Source of the DNA: Octopus sinensis
Taxonomy: Eukaryota
DNA length: 64,000 nt
Assembly: GCF_006345805.1 (NCBI RefSeq)
Contig: NC_042997.1
Span: 193,440,001-193,504,000, forward strand
Reading direction: 5' to 3'
The position numbers and the translations under genes are program-made. The notes beneath the pieces are model-generated. The model was not told the DNA's origin. It saw only the letters and a program-made list of their open reading frames with translations, and searched no databases. Shown one piece after another: positions 9,849 to 22,479 of the stretch; position 1 is the first letter of the stretch; every line of letters begins with the position of its first letter.

Positions 9849-10262
9849 TATTTCTTTACTACCCACAGGGGGCTAAACACAGAGAGGACAAACAAGGACA
9901 GACAAATGGATGAAGTCGATTATATCGACCCCAGTGCGTAACTGGTACTTAATTTATCGACCCCGAAAGGATGAAAGGCAAAGTCGACCTTGGCGGAATT
10001 TGAACTCAGAACGTAGCGGCAGATGAAATACTTATTTCTTTACTACCCACAAGGGGCTAAACACAGAGAGGACAAACAAGGACAGACAAACGGATTAAGT
10101 CGATTATATCAACCCCAGTGTGTAATTGGTACTTATTTAATCGACCCCAAAAGGATGAAAGGCAAAGTCGACCTTGGCGGAATTTGAACTCAGAACGTAA
10201 CTGCAGATGAAATACTGCTACGCATTTCGCCTGGCGTGCTAACGTTTCTGCCAGCTCACCGC
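9849..10262 (-). mobile_element. S1 SINE dimer
   Basis: TSD ctttttatgtaatacc (9833-9848, 10263-10278); internal junction at 10032/10033. Confidence 0.9.
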
Positions 10263-10313
10263 CTTTTTATGTAATACCGTCACCAGTGCTTTTTACATGG
10301 TATCAGAACTGAC

Positions 10314-10547
10314 TAGGGCGGCGAGCTGGCAGAAATGTTAGCATGCTGGGCGAAATGCTTCGTGGTATTCTGCCTGCCGCTGCGTTCTGAGTTCAAATTC
10401 CGCTGAGGTCGACTTTGCCTTTCATCCTTTCGGGATCGATAAATTAAGTACCAGTTACACACTGGGGTTGATGTAATCGACTTGATCCGTTTGTCTGTCC
10501 TTGTTTGTCCCCTCTGTGTTTAGCTCCTTGTGGGTAGTAAAGAAATA
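10314..10547 (+). mobile_element. S1 SINE
   Basis: TSD ggtatcaga(a/g)ctgac (10299-10313, 10548-10562). Confidence 0.92.
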
Positions 10548-10900
10548 GGTATCAGAGCTGACAGTGTCTACAGAAGCATTGAATTAAGAATTAAGGCACT
10601 AATGACTTGAATTCTCATGGTGATTAGTTTTCAATTCTTCTGTTATGGTTTGGAGAACTATAGTAGGAAGCTCAGTGGACATCCAACTGCATGCTAAATT
10701 TCTTGCTGAATACATAACTTCTTCCTTGCTGATAGTGTCACTATACATGGCTTGCATTGCTCTCATAAGACTTTCATGTGTATCTAGGTGGAAAAATCTT
10801 CTAATCAACAAAAGCTTGATAATGATACTGCTATGCTAGTCATTGAATATGATACCTTGTTTTACTCCCTGATTGACTAACCAAGGGATTAGCATCTTCG

Positions 10901-11191
10901 TTTTTATCTTTTACTTGTTTCAGTCATTTGACTGCGGCCATGCTGGAGCACCGCCTTTAGTCGAGCAAATTGACCCCGGGACTTATTCTTTGTAAGCCCA
11001 GTACTTATTCTATCGGTCTCTTTTGCCGAACCGCTAAGTGACGGGGACGAAAACACACCAGCATCGGTTGTCAAGCAATGCTAGGGGGACAAACACACAC
11101 ATATATATATATATATATATTATCTATACGTATATACGACAGACTTCTTTCAGTTTTCGTCTACCAAATTCACTCACAAGGCATTGGTCGG
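10901..11191 (-). mobile_element. S2 SINE (3' two-thirds)
   Basis: tttacttgtttcagtcatttgactgcggccatgctggagcacc tail and internal TA/CA microsatellite. Confidence 0.85.
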
Positions 11192-11282
11192 CATATCTCT
11201 GGATGCTCTTCCAAACGCCAACCACTCCGAGAGTGTAGTGGGTGCTTTTACATGCCACTGGCATATCTCACTTTATTCGATA

Positions 11283-11882
11283 CTAGCACTATGACCTGGC
11301 AACGCCGGGTCATAGTGCTAGTGCTAGTGCATGCATATACAGCTGCGTGCATGCGCACATACACGCGATTACTGTCCAAATCTCCGACCAATCACATACA
11401 GCAAGCTGGCATTCAATTGGCGTATCAAGTTTCGGGCATTTTGATTGGGTTTTGGATAGAAAATTCACAAAAAGGTCACTTCTATTAATTTTTTAATGGC
11501 TTTGAGGGGTGACTGGGGAAATGTAAAGATGTGCACGACCACCCTTGGATGGTTTTGAATGACCATAGAAAGTGCAAGCCCTCTAACTGAAAAATTGTGG
11601 ATTTGTATAAAGGACGCGCACGCACGCACGCACACACACACATTTTGCTAACATGAGTTAAGTCCCTTCTAGCCGTAGCCAAGCGAAAGTGTGTGTGTGA
11701 GGGAGAGAGAAGTTGTGCGTTGATGTGTATGTGTGTGTGTGTGTGTGAGGGAGAGAAAAAGTGTTTCGCAAAATATAAGATGTGATAGGGATGGCATCCA
11801 TCCCCATCACATCTTATATTTTATTTATGCTGATTGCAATTTATATTATCTTTCTACTTCAGTAAGAATATATAGAATAAGA
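11283..11882 (-). mobile_element. Non-autonomous Helitron-like element
   Basis: On minus: A|TC 5' end, CTAG|T 3' end, GC-rich terminal hairpin ccggcgttgccagg. Confidence 0.65.
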
Positions 11883-11900
11883 TATAGCTGGATTCTGAAA

Positions 11901-12219
11901 AGACCGGGCGTTGTGAGTGTTTATTGAGCGAAAACACCTAAAAGCTCCACGAGGCTCCGGCAGGGGATGGTGGTGATCCCTGCTGTACTCTTTCACCACA
12001 ACTTTCTCTCACTCTTACTTCCTGTTTCTGTTGTACCTGTACTTCAAAGGGCCGGCCTTGTCACTCTCTGTGTCACGCTGAATATCCCCAAGAACTACGT
12101 TAAGGGTACACGTGTCCGTGGAGTGCTCAGCCACTTACACGTTAATTTCACGAGCAGGCTGTTCCGTTGATTCGGATCAACCGGAACCCTCGTCGTCGTA
12201 ACCGACGGAGTGCTTCCAA
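11901..12219 (+). mobile_element. S3a SINE, 5'-truncated
   Basis: Body matches 12348-12680 and 24357-24738. Confidence 0.85.
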
Positions 12220-12347
12220 TATATATATATATAAGTTTAATATCTATGAGAGAAAAAAAAAACAACTTTTACTAAAGGGACAGTAAAAATTAGTCTTATT
12301 TATCTAGAGCAGAACAAACATTCTTTTATCATTATATCATTTGCATT

Positions 12348-12680
12348 GTGGAGGCGCAATGGCCCAGTAGTTAGGGTAGCGGGTTCGCGGTTTCGATTCC
12401 CAGACCGGTCGTTGTAAGTGTTTATTGAGCGAAAACACCACATGGGGTGGTGGCGAACCCAGCTGTACTCTTTCACCACAACTTTCTCTCACTCATTCTT
12501 CCTGTTTCTGTTGTACCTGTACTTCAAAGGGTCAGCCTCGTCACACTCTGTGTCACGCTGAATCTCCACCGAGAACTACGTTAAGAGTAACCACGTCTGT
12601 GGAGTGCTCAGCCACTTGCACGTTAATTTCACGAGTAGGCTGTTCCGTTGATCGGATCAACTGGAACTGACGGAGTGCCA
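12348..12680 (+). mobile_element. S3a tRNA-type SINE
   Basis: A-box tggcccagtag, B-box ggtttcgattcc, family body and tail. Confidence 0.85.
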
Positions 12681-13348
12681 CGATATGCATTATGTATAGA
12701 AGACATCTGCTGTCCCTGTGGTCTCCTTATATAATTCATGTTACGAAAATTGAGGGGAATGACAAATAAATTAATTAATAAAAAAATTAATTAATTAATA
12801 AAAAAAAAGAGAAAACTAATAATAAATGTCGGGCGTTGGTGGTTAACAAACTTGTTTCTCGACCATTTGGGTTTATGTTCTGTCTATTATGTGCATCTTG
12901 GGCAAGTGCCTTCTGTTATAAGCTCTGAGCTGATCAAAGCCTTGCGAGTGGATTTGGTTCCGGAATGATTCTTCGTCAGTTACGACGACGAGTGTTCCAA
13001 TTGATTCGATCAACCGAACACCCTGCTCGTGAATCTCTGGGAGATTCAGTGGCATAGAACATGACAAGACTGGCACTTTGAATTAAGAGGTACAACGCTT
13101 TTTTTGCCACCTGAATGGATATGAGCAACGAAAAATACTGTCTTGCTCAAGGTTACGACACGCAGACAGGAATCGAACTCGCGAACATACGATAGTGAGC
13201 TGAATACTCTAACCACTAAACCACGTTCCTTCACAAGTAGGTAGACAGAAACTGAACGATATCGAAATGAAGAGTTGATAGACAGCCGACAATTGATGAA
13301 AAGTCCTTTCTGTATATTTACTTGTCCTGTTCTCCATTTATACATACA

Positions 13349-14322
13349 CTAGCAGCATAGCCCGGCGTTGCCCGGGTATGTAAGAGACCCTAGTAGGCAA
13401 CGACTAATCCCAATCTAGTCCTTTCCCTCTAGGGAACGAAGGCGCATGTGTAGGTTGCAATGTCTTCTCTTCACTCCCAAATAACTATCAAACAGCTATC
13501 GATAATTCAACCCAACCAATTCCTACCGGGAAGAAATTACATTCGAGACTTTACCCCCAACACCGCCGCTTCTGCTAATAGCTACTGCAGCCGCAAGTTA
13601 TTCGAATACTTTTTTTGTTTAAACTTTCTTTATAACTACCACCCCAAACGTTTTACCTTAAATTTTTGACGTACCCTAAGGGTCCTCGGTCGCTACTTGC
13701 AAACTCTTGGTTTATTATAAACCGCTTTTGTCGTGTGCACCAAAAAACCTTTTCCATTCGTTTGTTCAGTTTGGTCACTTTTGACTTTTTCGTTGTTGTC
13801 ACCCACATTGCTGCCCGCTTTTTTGCTGTTTTTGTACATTTTTTAATACATTTTGGGATACTTACCCCACGTGTTCCGAGAGTTAAAAATTCCTGCCAAT
13901 TTGTGAAAGATATTGTCGAAAATATGTCATCTTGAATTTGAACGCGATTTCCCAAAATGGCATGATTTTATCGATTTTTTCTGATGGTAAGGTATTGCAT
14001 GGAAAACTAACGTCAGAATTAAGTTTCTTAGGGTAACATTAAGCTTCACCATGAGTTTGGTGAAAATCGATTGCAAGTTGCGAAAACTACAACAGAAAAT
14101 GTGTTGCATATAAAAAGCTTAGATTCTCGACCCCATGTCGAATTTATCGATTTTCTTCAGAACTGCGGGAACTTTTCAAAATTTTCGCTGCGTTAGTTTT
14201 GAATTATGACATTGGGCTATGTGTGTGTCAAGTTTCATCAGAATCGGTTGAAAGCCGTGGTCAGGGTGAGGGTACAACCTGACAGACACACAGACAGACA
14301 AACTACCGTTTATATAGAGAGA
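13349..14322 (-). mobile_element. Non-autonomous Helitron-like element (long)
   Basis: On minus: A|TCTCTCTATAT 5' end; cccgggcaacgccggg hairpin then CTAG|T. Confidence 0.75.
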
Positions 14323-14494
14323 TACAGGTATGTCATATTTTCTGTTTGTTGTCTTTTTATATAATCCTAAAAAACAATATGTATATATAGGTACATAGAA
14401 AAACACACATCTGTATATATGTAACATCCTTGACCAGGGCAGTCTTGGTAATGTTTTTATCAACCTCGGAAGGATGGAATGCACAGTCGACTTC

Positions 14495-15165
14495 TTAATC
14501 TTTTTTGCCCCTTGTGGAGCATTGGGCCTCAACAGTTGTTTTCCACTTTTTGCGCTCATTGGCGTGTTTCTTGGCTGCTTCCCATGTCAGGCCGGCGGTC
14601 CTGAGCTCGTCCAAAATGCTCCGCTTCCATGTCTGCTTCGGGCGTCCTTGCTTCCTTTTTCCCTGCGGATTCCAGTCAAGTGCTTGTCGTGTCACATCTG
14701 AGGGTTTTTTCTACAGTGTGTGTCCGATCCACCTCCATTTCCTTCGTCTAATCTGAACATGTATGGGCTCTTGGTTGGCCCTTTCCCACAAGTCGGAGTT
14801 TGGTACTCTGTCTAACCACTTCAGATGGAGGATCTGCCGGAGACATTTGTTGATGAAAGTCTGGATCTTCTTGTAGTTGCTGCAGGTGGCTCGCCATGTT
14901 TCAGAGCCATACAAAAGCACAGATTTTACGTTTGAACTAAATAACCAGAGTTTAGTTCGAGTTGAGATGGTAGTGGACTTCCATACCGGCCGAAGAATAG
15001 CGAAGGCTTGCCAAGCCTTCTTGCTTGCCGTGATGTCCTCGTCTGATCCACCTGATTTGCTGATCTTGCTGCCAAGATAGTCAAACTCACTAACGTCCCC
15101 CTCAGTGCCCCCACGATTGTAATTGGCTCTTCCTGCTTGTTGTTGATATGCAGCACTGAACTCTG
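14495..15165 (-). mobile_element. 5'-truncated RTE-clade LINE 3' end
   Basis: FDYLGSKI..NVKSVLLYGSETW..RRRKWRWIGHTL..ALDWNPQGKRKQGRPKQTW, with frameshifts. Confidence 0.9.
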
Positions 15166-15894
15166 AACATCAACAAAGACATAAACATCTCATGCATTTT
15201 GCTTGATGCTCAACCGCTTCTGCCACCCACTGTCCTAACTATGGTTAATAATAGTTCATTGGCATATCAGAGAAAAATGGAAATTTGAAGACGACCAGGC
15301 TTCAGTTACTTATTAACAAGACAGTACTCTTGTTTATTTTCTTGGCATATATATTTCCGAGTCGATGAGTATGAAAACTATGGGGGGAAAAAAAAGCTCC
15401 AGCAAAAGCAAATGAATAAAAAAAAAAAGAAAAATCGAGCGATTTTAGATACAAACTTTCTCGTTACTTCCTGAAAAATACCTATTTCAAAAATATAACA
15501 GACTGTTTAAGTCGCTTTAGAATCACTTTCAGATAATCATATTGTCAAACAATGCTAAAGAAAATGATTTAAACAAGTAACTGAAATATGTATTAAAAAT
15601 GTTATTTAGAATAATGTGTTTCATGGCACACTTCTCTTTAGATTTAACACTGATATGACTAAACTATAAAAATGTAAGATGTACAACAATAAATCTTTTT
15701 TATTTATATAAGATATACTAGCTGTTATTTGCTGGATACTTGTAGCAACTCAGTAATATAATCTCGTACAACTTATTAACGGATCGTAACGAGCAACCTA
15801 GAATATAATTTTCCTACTACAGTCGAGTATTGCTCACGTTTTGGAAAACGTGAAAACTGGTTTACACCTTTATGGAATAAACTGGTTTTCATAA

Positions 15895-16069
15895 GCATAC
15901 TGATTAATTGCAAAAGAAAGCATTCGATAACAACAGAACTAGGTGTATGAAGCGATAGCTGACCACATTAGCAGTAAAACATGCCGTTTTTTAACTTCAG
16001 CTAATTGAAACGAGTAATAAAGGATTGGCAGAAATAGATCTTGCTTTGTAATAATGTCGATAGGTTTTT
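15895..16069 (+). repeat. 175-bp direct repeat, left copy flanking M1 MITE
   Basis: Matches 16492-16666 with about 9 mismatches by eye. Confidence 0.95.
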
Positions 16070-16491
16070 GGATCTTTTCGGTTTGAACGGCAGTTTTTTT
16101 CTAGTGGTGTCATGAAATTGTCACCCATAATTATGACCCTAGTATCGATCTATTGCATTTCAATCTGTTTTAGGGTTAGGGTAATGTGTGGGGGGAAGGG
16201 TATCTTTTTTTCTTCACAAATATAAATAAACCCAATCTGTTTCTTAAACGAGGGACATATTCATACGGCACAGAATGTTTTTTTTTACCTCAATGGGCGT
16301 CATTGATTGGTTGAAATTGCAGAAATTGAAGAAGAAAAAAAACAACAAATATCTTACAAACTATAGAATTTTCTCAATAAAGCCAAGAGAAAAAGATGTT
16401 TTATAAACACGTTCTACCAGTATACGAAATTTAAAAGTGTTTAGTTACCTAGAAATTATGTTAAAAACTGGCGTTCAAACCGAAAAGATCC
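16070..16491 (+). mobile_element. M1 MITE
   Basis: TIRs ggatcttttcggtttgaacggcag / ctggcgttcaaaccgaaaagatcc. Confidence 0.92.
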
Positions 16492-16666
16492 GCATACTGA
16501 TTAATTGTAGAAGAAAGCATTCGATAACTACAGAACTAGGTGTATGAAGCGATAGCTGACCACATTAGCAGTTAATCATGTCGTTTTTTAACTTGAGCTA
16601 ATTGAAACGAGTAATAAATGATTGGCAGAAATAGATCTTGCTTTGTAATAATGTCGATAGGTCTTT
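16492..16666 (+). repeat. 175-bp direct repeat, right copy flanking M1 MITE
   Basis: Matches 15895-16069. Confidence 0.95.
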
Positions 16667-16915
16667 AATCGGTACCTATATCATCACTCTGTCGCAAAGA
16701 TCCAAATATCTTCAATTACAAACCTTTAGAGACAGTAGTTATGACAAATGTTACAACAAACAACATGAATAATATAACATAACAGATTCATGACCAAATA
16801 AATCAAACAATTCGGTAGCCTTAGATGATGCAACTTAGATTTCTAAATCTTTGTTATTAGATCGTATTGAAGATAGGAAATATGTTGATTTACAATACAA
16901 TTTCATGTTTATTAC

Positions 16916-17180
16916 CTGCTCCCGATATTATTCCTGTATGATTTCAATTGTAATTCACTGCCGCTTGTACGGTAAAAATTGGTGAAGTATTCCAATATGT
17001 TATGGCGATACATTATTTGGTCATATATTTTTTTTATTACTTTCTGATTGCACCCCGTTCTAAGACTCATTGATGGATTGATATTGTCCGTTTCGAAGCT
17101 AATCAGTGGATTGTATTGTGTGGCTACTTTCCTTCTAATCATTTCACCAAACAGCGCTAACAGATTATGTAATAAAGTAG
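16916..17180 (-). CDS. Candidate internal coding exon, unknown protein
   Basis: Long T-rich acceptor (..gcatattgttag|), 265-nt open frame, CAG|GTAATA donor. No family recognised. Confidence 0.3.
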
Positions 17181-17625
17181 CTAACAATATGCAAATACAA
17201 AGCAAAAAAAAAAAAAAGGTTATTTAGAATATCGGAGGTGTTTCTCCATTTAATAAGAAATACGGGAAAGGAGTTTCACATGCAGCCTAAGTAACCATGT
17301 TTTGTTTTGCTGGTTACTTTATTAACTGCCAGTTTGAGGAAATAAAACACTGCCTGTTGCCCTTTCAGATACTTTAACATTAAAGGATAGTAATAACAGG
17401 GTACATTTGATGTTGTTAGCTGTTAGATTCAATTTTTAATGTTTCATTAATAAGCGGGCAATAGATTGGCAGAATATGCAGAGCAGCGAACAAAATGTCA
17501 TGCCATATTTATGTTGCATGCTTTCAAGTTTTGAGTTCAAATCCTCCCGTCGAGGTTAGCTTTGTCATTCTTTCATCACTCCAAGGGCGATAGAATAAAG
17601 TGCTAATGAAATAATTGCATTTGTT

Positions 17626-18033
17626 GGATCTTTTCGGTTTGAACGGTAGTTTTTAAAAATAATTTCCACGTAACTAAACGCTTTTAAACTTCGTATACTG
17701 GTAGAATGTGTTTGTAAAACATCTTTTTCTCTTAGCTTTATTGAGAAAATTCTATAGTTTGTAAGATATTTGTTGTTTTTTTTTCTTCAATTTCTGCAAT
17801 TTCAACCAATCAACGACGTCTATTGAGGTAAAAAAAACATTCTGTGCCGTATGAATATGTCCCTCGTTTAAGAAACAGATTGGGTTTATTTACATTTGTG
17901 AAGAAAAAAAGATACCCTTCCTCTAACCCTAAAACAGATTGAAATGCAATAATTTGATACTAGGGTCATAATTATGGGTGACGATTTCATATGACACCGC
18001 TAGAAAAAACTGCCGTTCAAACCGAAAAGATCC
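17626..18033 (-). mobile_element. M1 MITE
   Basis: Both TIRs present, opposite orientation to 16070; no TSD visible. Confidence 0.9.
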
Positions 18034-18246
18034 CGGGAGTGTTAGTTTACTGAACAACCTGTACGATAAATATTATTATAGAGGACATGGTTTGTACAAA
18101 GCCATTCCCGGTTCCTCGTCCTTCATACTCGTATTGGTCTGGTACAACAAATGTTACAAATCCAGTGGTTATCATGATACAGGATTTCTAAAGTATAGTC
18201 GTATATTCTGGTGCAGTGTAGTGAAGGTAGCTTAAAAGCTTTATAT

Positions 18247-18540
18247 TATTTCTTTATTGCCCACAAGGGACTAAACATAGAGGGAACGAACAAGGACAGA
18301 CAAAGTGATTATGTCGATTACATCGACCCCAGTGCGTAACTGGTACTTAATTTATCGACCCGGAAAGGATGAAAGGCAAAGTCGACCTCGGCGGAATTTG
18401 AACTCGGAACGTAACGGCAGACGAAATACCTATTTCTTTACTACCCACAAGGGGCTAAACATAGAGGGGACAAACAAGGACAGACAAAGGGATTAAGTAG
18501 GTTACATCGACCCCAGTGCGTAACTGGTACTTAATTTATT
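18247..18540 (-). mobile_element. S1 SINE dimer, 5'-truncated
   Basis: Junction aatacc|tatttc at 18430/18431. Confidence 0.85.
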
Positions 18541-18733
18541 AAAAAAAGTGCGAATCACTTTTATGTCCACAGTTTTCTACAATTTTTAAAGTCAAATTCT
18601 TTTTTCAGGAAAGTGCAAAAATATTTAAATGATTTTATTTACTTTTCTATTGATGTTCTGAGATTTAGCTAAATTTTCTTTTGAAATACATATGCTAATG
18701 TAATGATGCAGATATCTGCGTGAAAAGTAGATC

Positions 18734-19065
18734 AGCAAATCGACCGCAAGACTTATTCTTTGTAAGCCCAGTACTTATTCTATCGGTCTCTTTTGTCGAA
18801 CCGCTAAGTTACAGGGACGTAAACACACCAGCATCGGTTGTCAAGCGATGTTGGGGATGGGGACAAACACAGACACACAAACATATACACACACACACAT
18901 ATATATATAGATATACATATATATACGACGGGCTTCTTTCAGTTTCCGTCTACCAAATCCACTCACAAGGCTTTGGTCGGCCCGAGGCTATAGTAGAAGA
19001 CGCAGTGGGACTGAACCCGGAACCGTGTGGTTGGTAAACAAGCTACTTACCACACAGCCACTCCA
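18734..19065 (-). mobile_element. S2 SINE
   Basis: Family head, CA/TA microsatellite and body. Confidence 0.85.
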
Positions 19066-19198
19066 GTATATATTCACATACTGAAACAGACTCCCCTCCC
19101 ACCTATTTCTAACTTCTGTTTTTTTTCTTCCTTGTTTCCTTCACTCTCGCTAAATCAGTGTACTGGAACTTAAGCTTCGCATTTCTTATTTTACGCGT

Positions 19199-19430
19199 AA
19201 GGCGGCGAGCTGGCAGAACCGTTAGCACGCCGGGCGAAATACGTAGCCGTATTTCGTCTGCCACTACGTTCTGAGTTCAAATTCCGCCGAGGTCGACTTT
19301 GCTTTCATCCTTTCCGGGTCGATAAATTAAGTACCATTTACGCACTGGGGTCGATGTAATCGACTTAATCCCTTTGTTTGTCCTTGTTTGTCCCCTCTAT
19401 GTTTATCCCCTTGTGAGTAATAAAGAAACA
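19199..19430 (+). mobile_element. S1 SINE
   Basis: aaggcggcgagctggcag head to aataaagaaa tail. Confidence 0.9.
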
Positions 19431-19636
19431 CATAAATGTCGATGTATCGTTAAGAGGGCCGAGTTAAAAGAATGCGTCGAATAGGTTTCGTTATCTACAA
19501 TGAAGAAGAAGATAACGAAGAAGAAAATTCAGCTTCAGAACCAGGGATTGCATATATAACAACAAACTACGGGTATCTTTTGAAACAGCTAAGAACATTC
19601 CATGAAAAGAACTAACCGACACCTGCAGAACATGGC

Positions 19637-19856
19637 GGATCTTTTCGCTTTGACCGGCAGATTTTTAAAATAATTTCTTTGTAACTAAATACTTTTAAAC
19701 TTCGTATACTGGTAGAATGTGTTTATAAAACATCTTTTTCTCTTGGCTTTCTTGAGAAAATTCTGTAGTTTGTAAGCTATTTGTTGTTCAATTTCTTAAC
19801 TTTCGGCAATTTCAACCAATCAATGACGTCTATTGAGGTGAAAACAATATCTGCCG
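19637..19856 (-). mobile_element. M1b MITE, one end only
   Basis: ggatcttttcgctttgaccggcag terminus; non-palindromic version of the arm in 994-1279. Confidence 0.8.
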
Positions 19857-20144
19857 AAGTCTGTCAACAACAATTTTTTGCGGTGTCATATGAAAATGTT
19901 CCTGCTATTTATGACATATTTCATATCAGTTACGTTATATAAAGATATAAAGGATATCCAAGAATCAAAGAATATATTAATCAAGGTAGACAAAAGTATA
20001 GAACACTTGTAAAGTAAAGTATAACACCTACAATAATCAACTAACAAACAACTTTACAAATAATTATAAAATAACGCCAATGATACATTAAATTCTGTAA
20101 ATAGCAAAACTTTATATAGAAGACAAAGTAAAATAATAATAATG

Positions 20145-20179
<35 letters not shown>

Positions 20180-20234
20180 GCCTTGTGAGTGGATTTGGTA
20201 GACGGAAACTGAAAGAAGCCCGTCGTATATATGT

Positions 20235-20269
<35 letters not shown>

Positions 20270-20271
<2 letters not shown>

Positions 20272-20445
20272 AAGTTAATCCAATTATGAAAACACAAAGA
20301 GAAAACACAACAATGCGAGGATGTGGAACAAGTATAGTATTATTGGACGCTCCGGAAAGAAGGACAGAAGGAGGGTTTAACGTTTCGAGCGGAGCTCTTC
20401 GTCAGAAACATAGGAAATGGAAAGATCCAAAGAAAAGACGGAGAA
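20270..20445 (-). mobile_element. Penelope-like terminal fragment with minimal hammerhead motif
   Basis: Minus strand reads GTTT CTGACGA A GAGC TCC GCTC GAAA CG T T AAAC (20375-20409); flanked by TA/CA repeats. Confidence 0.6.
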
Positions 20446-20463
20446 TATATGTGTCTGTGTGTG

Positions 20464-20496
<33 letters not shown>

Positions 20497-20906
20497 TTGT
20501 GTGTGAGAGTATATGTATGTGTGTGTATATTTTTGTGTGTCTGTGTTTGTCCCCCAACATCGCTTGACAACCGATGCTAGTGTGTTTACGTCCCCGTCAC
20601 TTAGCGGTTTGGCAAAAGAGACCGATAGAATAAGTACTAGGCTTACAAAGAATAAGCCCGGGGGGGCGATTTCTTCGACTAAAGGCGGTGCTCCAGCATG
20701 GCCGCAGTCAAATGACTGAAACAAGTAAAAGAGTAAAGAGTAAAAAGAGAGTATAGAGCACTAAAAAAAAAGAAAGAAAAGTGAAAAAAAAAAAAACTAG
20801 CGTACATTAACTGCCAAAGACTAAAATTACAATTTCATGAAAATTCCTGCCACCAAACCGACTGAAATAGAACGGGGAAGAATGAGTAAAAAGTTTCTTG
20901 ATAAAA

Positions 20907-21205
20907 TCTTTATATATAAAAGTGAAGTTGTGTGTCTGTCTCCTACGATTTAGATTCCTAACTACTCCCACATTTTGCGGTGCAGTTTAACCAAAACCGG
21001 GTATCTTATAGTCACGATTCATATCGAGCCCTTCTGGGTATTAGCGCACGTCTACGATGAGTCTACGATTAAAAAAAAAATTTACCATAATTTTTCCGCA
21101 TTTTTAATGCATTTTCGCTCGGTTATATAAGGGAGATAACTCTCTATAAATGCTTATATAGTTATTTCCCTTTCAAACCCGAGCAACGCCGGGCGATACT
21201 GCTAG
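20907..21205 (+). mobile_element. Non-autonomous Helitron-like element (299 bp)
   Basis: A|TC..cccgagcaacgccggg..CTAG|T; near-identical to 32353-32650. Confidence 0.85.
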
Positions 21206-21444
21206 TCATCAATAAAATTCAGAAAGATACCCGATTCTAGATTAATACTTTGGAGTTTTACTATATCAGTAATAGGTTCGCTTCGTAGTAACCAAGATAA
21301 ACTAAACTGCAAGCTCACAATTCACAATTCTCACAATACTCAGACTTCCAGCCCACAGCTATAACCATGTCAAAGAACAGCCAATGATAATCACCGTTTA
21401 AGAATATGAAATATAATGAGTTAATTAATTATCTAAATAATGAT

Positions 21445-21854
21445 TGAGTGGCTGTGTGGTAAGTAGCTTGCTTGCCAACCACATGGTTCCGGGTTCGTTC
21501 CCACAGCGTGGCACCTTGGGCAAGTGTCTTCTACTATAGTCTCGGGCCGGCCAAAGCCTTGTGATTGGATTTCGTAGACGCAAAATGTAAGCAGCCCGTC
21601 GTAAATATATGTATATATATATATTTATGTCTACGTGTGTTTGTGTCTGTGTTTGTCCCCTCATCGCCTCTTGATAACCGGTGTTGGTGTGTTTACGTCC
21701 CTGTAACCAAGCGGTTCGGCAAAAGAGACCGATATAATAAGTACCAGGCTTCCAAAGAATAAGGCCTGGGGTCGATTTGCTCGACTAAAGGCGGTGCTCC
21801 AGCATGGCCGCAGTCAAATGACTGAAACAAGTAAAAAAAAAAAAGATAAAAAGA
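21445..21854 (+). mobile_element. S2 SINE
   Basis: tRNA-like head, ccttgggcaagtg core-like segment, internal microsatellite, actgaaacaagtaaaa tail. Confidence 0.9.
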
Positions 21855-22035
21855 GGCTGCAGAACCTGCTCCACATTATATGATGAGCCTTGTGATGGCG
21901 AAACTTGATGTGGCGAAAATACATACATCTATACATATGTGCGTGTGTCTGCGTGTTTGTGAGTGACACAGGTTTTATGTGTAGTATAGCAAGAACTAAG
22001 TACAATTACTCGCACAGCTATTGATTTGACAATAG

Positions 22036-22479
22036 GGAACTTTTCGGTTTGAAAGGCAGTTTTTTCTAGCGATGTTACATGAAATTGTCACCCATAATTA
22101 TGACCCTAGTATCGAGCTATTGCATTTCAATCTATTTTAGGGTTAGTTAGGGTTAGTTAGAGTTAGTTAGGGTTAGGGTTAGAGGTGGAGGGAAGGGTAT
22201 CTTTTTTTCTTCACAAATGTAAATAAACCCAATCTGTTTCTTAAACGAGGGACATATTCATACGGCTAGAATGTTGTTTACCTCAATGGACGTCTTTTAT
22301 TGGTTGAAATTGCAGAAATTGAAGAAAAAAACAACAAATATCTTACAAACCATAGAATTTTCTCAATAAAGCCAAGAGAAAAAGATGTTTTATAAACACA
22401 TTCTACCAAATAAGGAAGTTTAAATTTTTTAGTTACCTAGAAATTATGTTAATAACTGCCGTTCAAACCGAAAAGATCC
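22036..22479 (+). mobile_element. M1 MITE
   Basis: 8-bp TSD gacaatag (22028-22035, 22480-22487); TTAGGG/TTAG tract at 22138-22185. Confidence 0.92.

Larger units (their letters stand above)
9545..10870 (-). mobile_element. Decayed RTE-clade RT remnant split by S1 insertions
   Basis: LMRAMQAMY..TIVLQTITEELKT (10600-10810) and LEVVDCFCYL..LESIV..IRMKWKK (9550-9670) resemble RTE RT segments. Confidence 0.55.

Noticed and set aside
10599-10811. 70-aa protein-like minus ORF as a terminal exon
   Set aside because: Matches an RTE reverse-transcriptase segment (RAMQAMY..VLQTITEELKT).
16070-18033. Inversion between the oppositely oriented M1 copies, both lacking 8-bp TSDs
   Set aside because: The flanks are not reciprocal reverse complements.
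22138-22185. TTAGGG tracts as a telomere or fusion scar
   Set aside because: Short, degenerate and internal to TIR/TSD-bounded MITEs.
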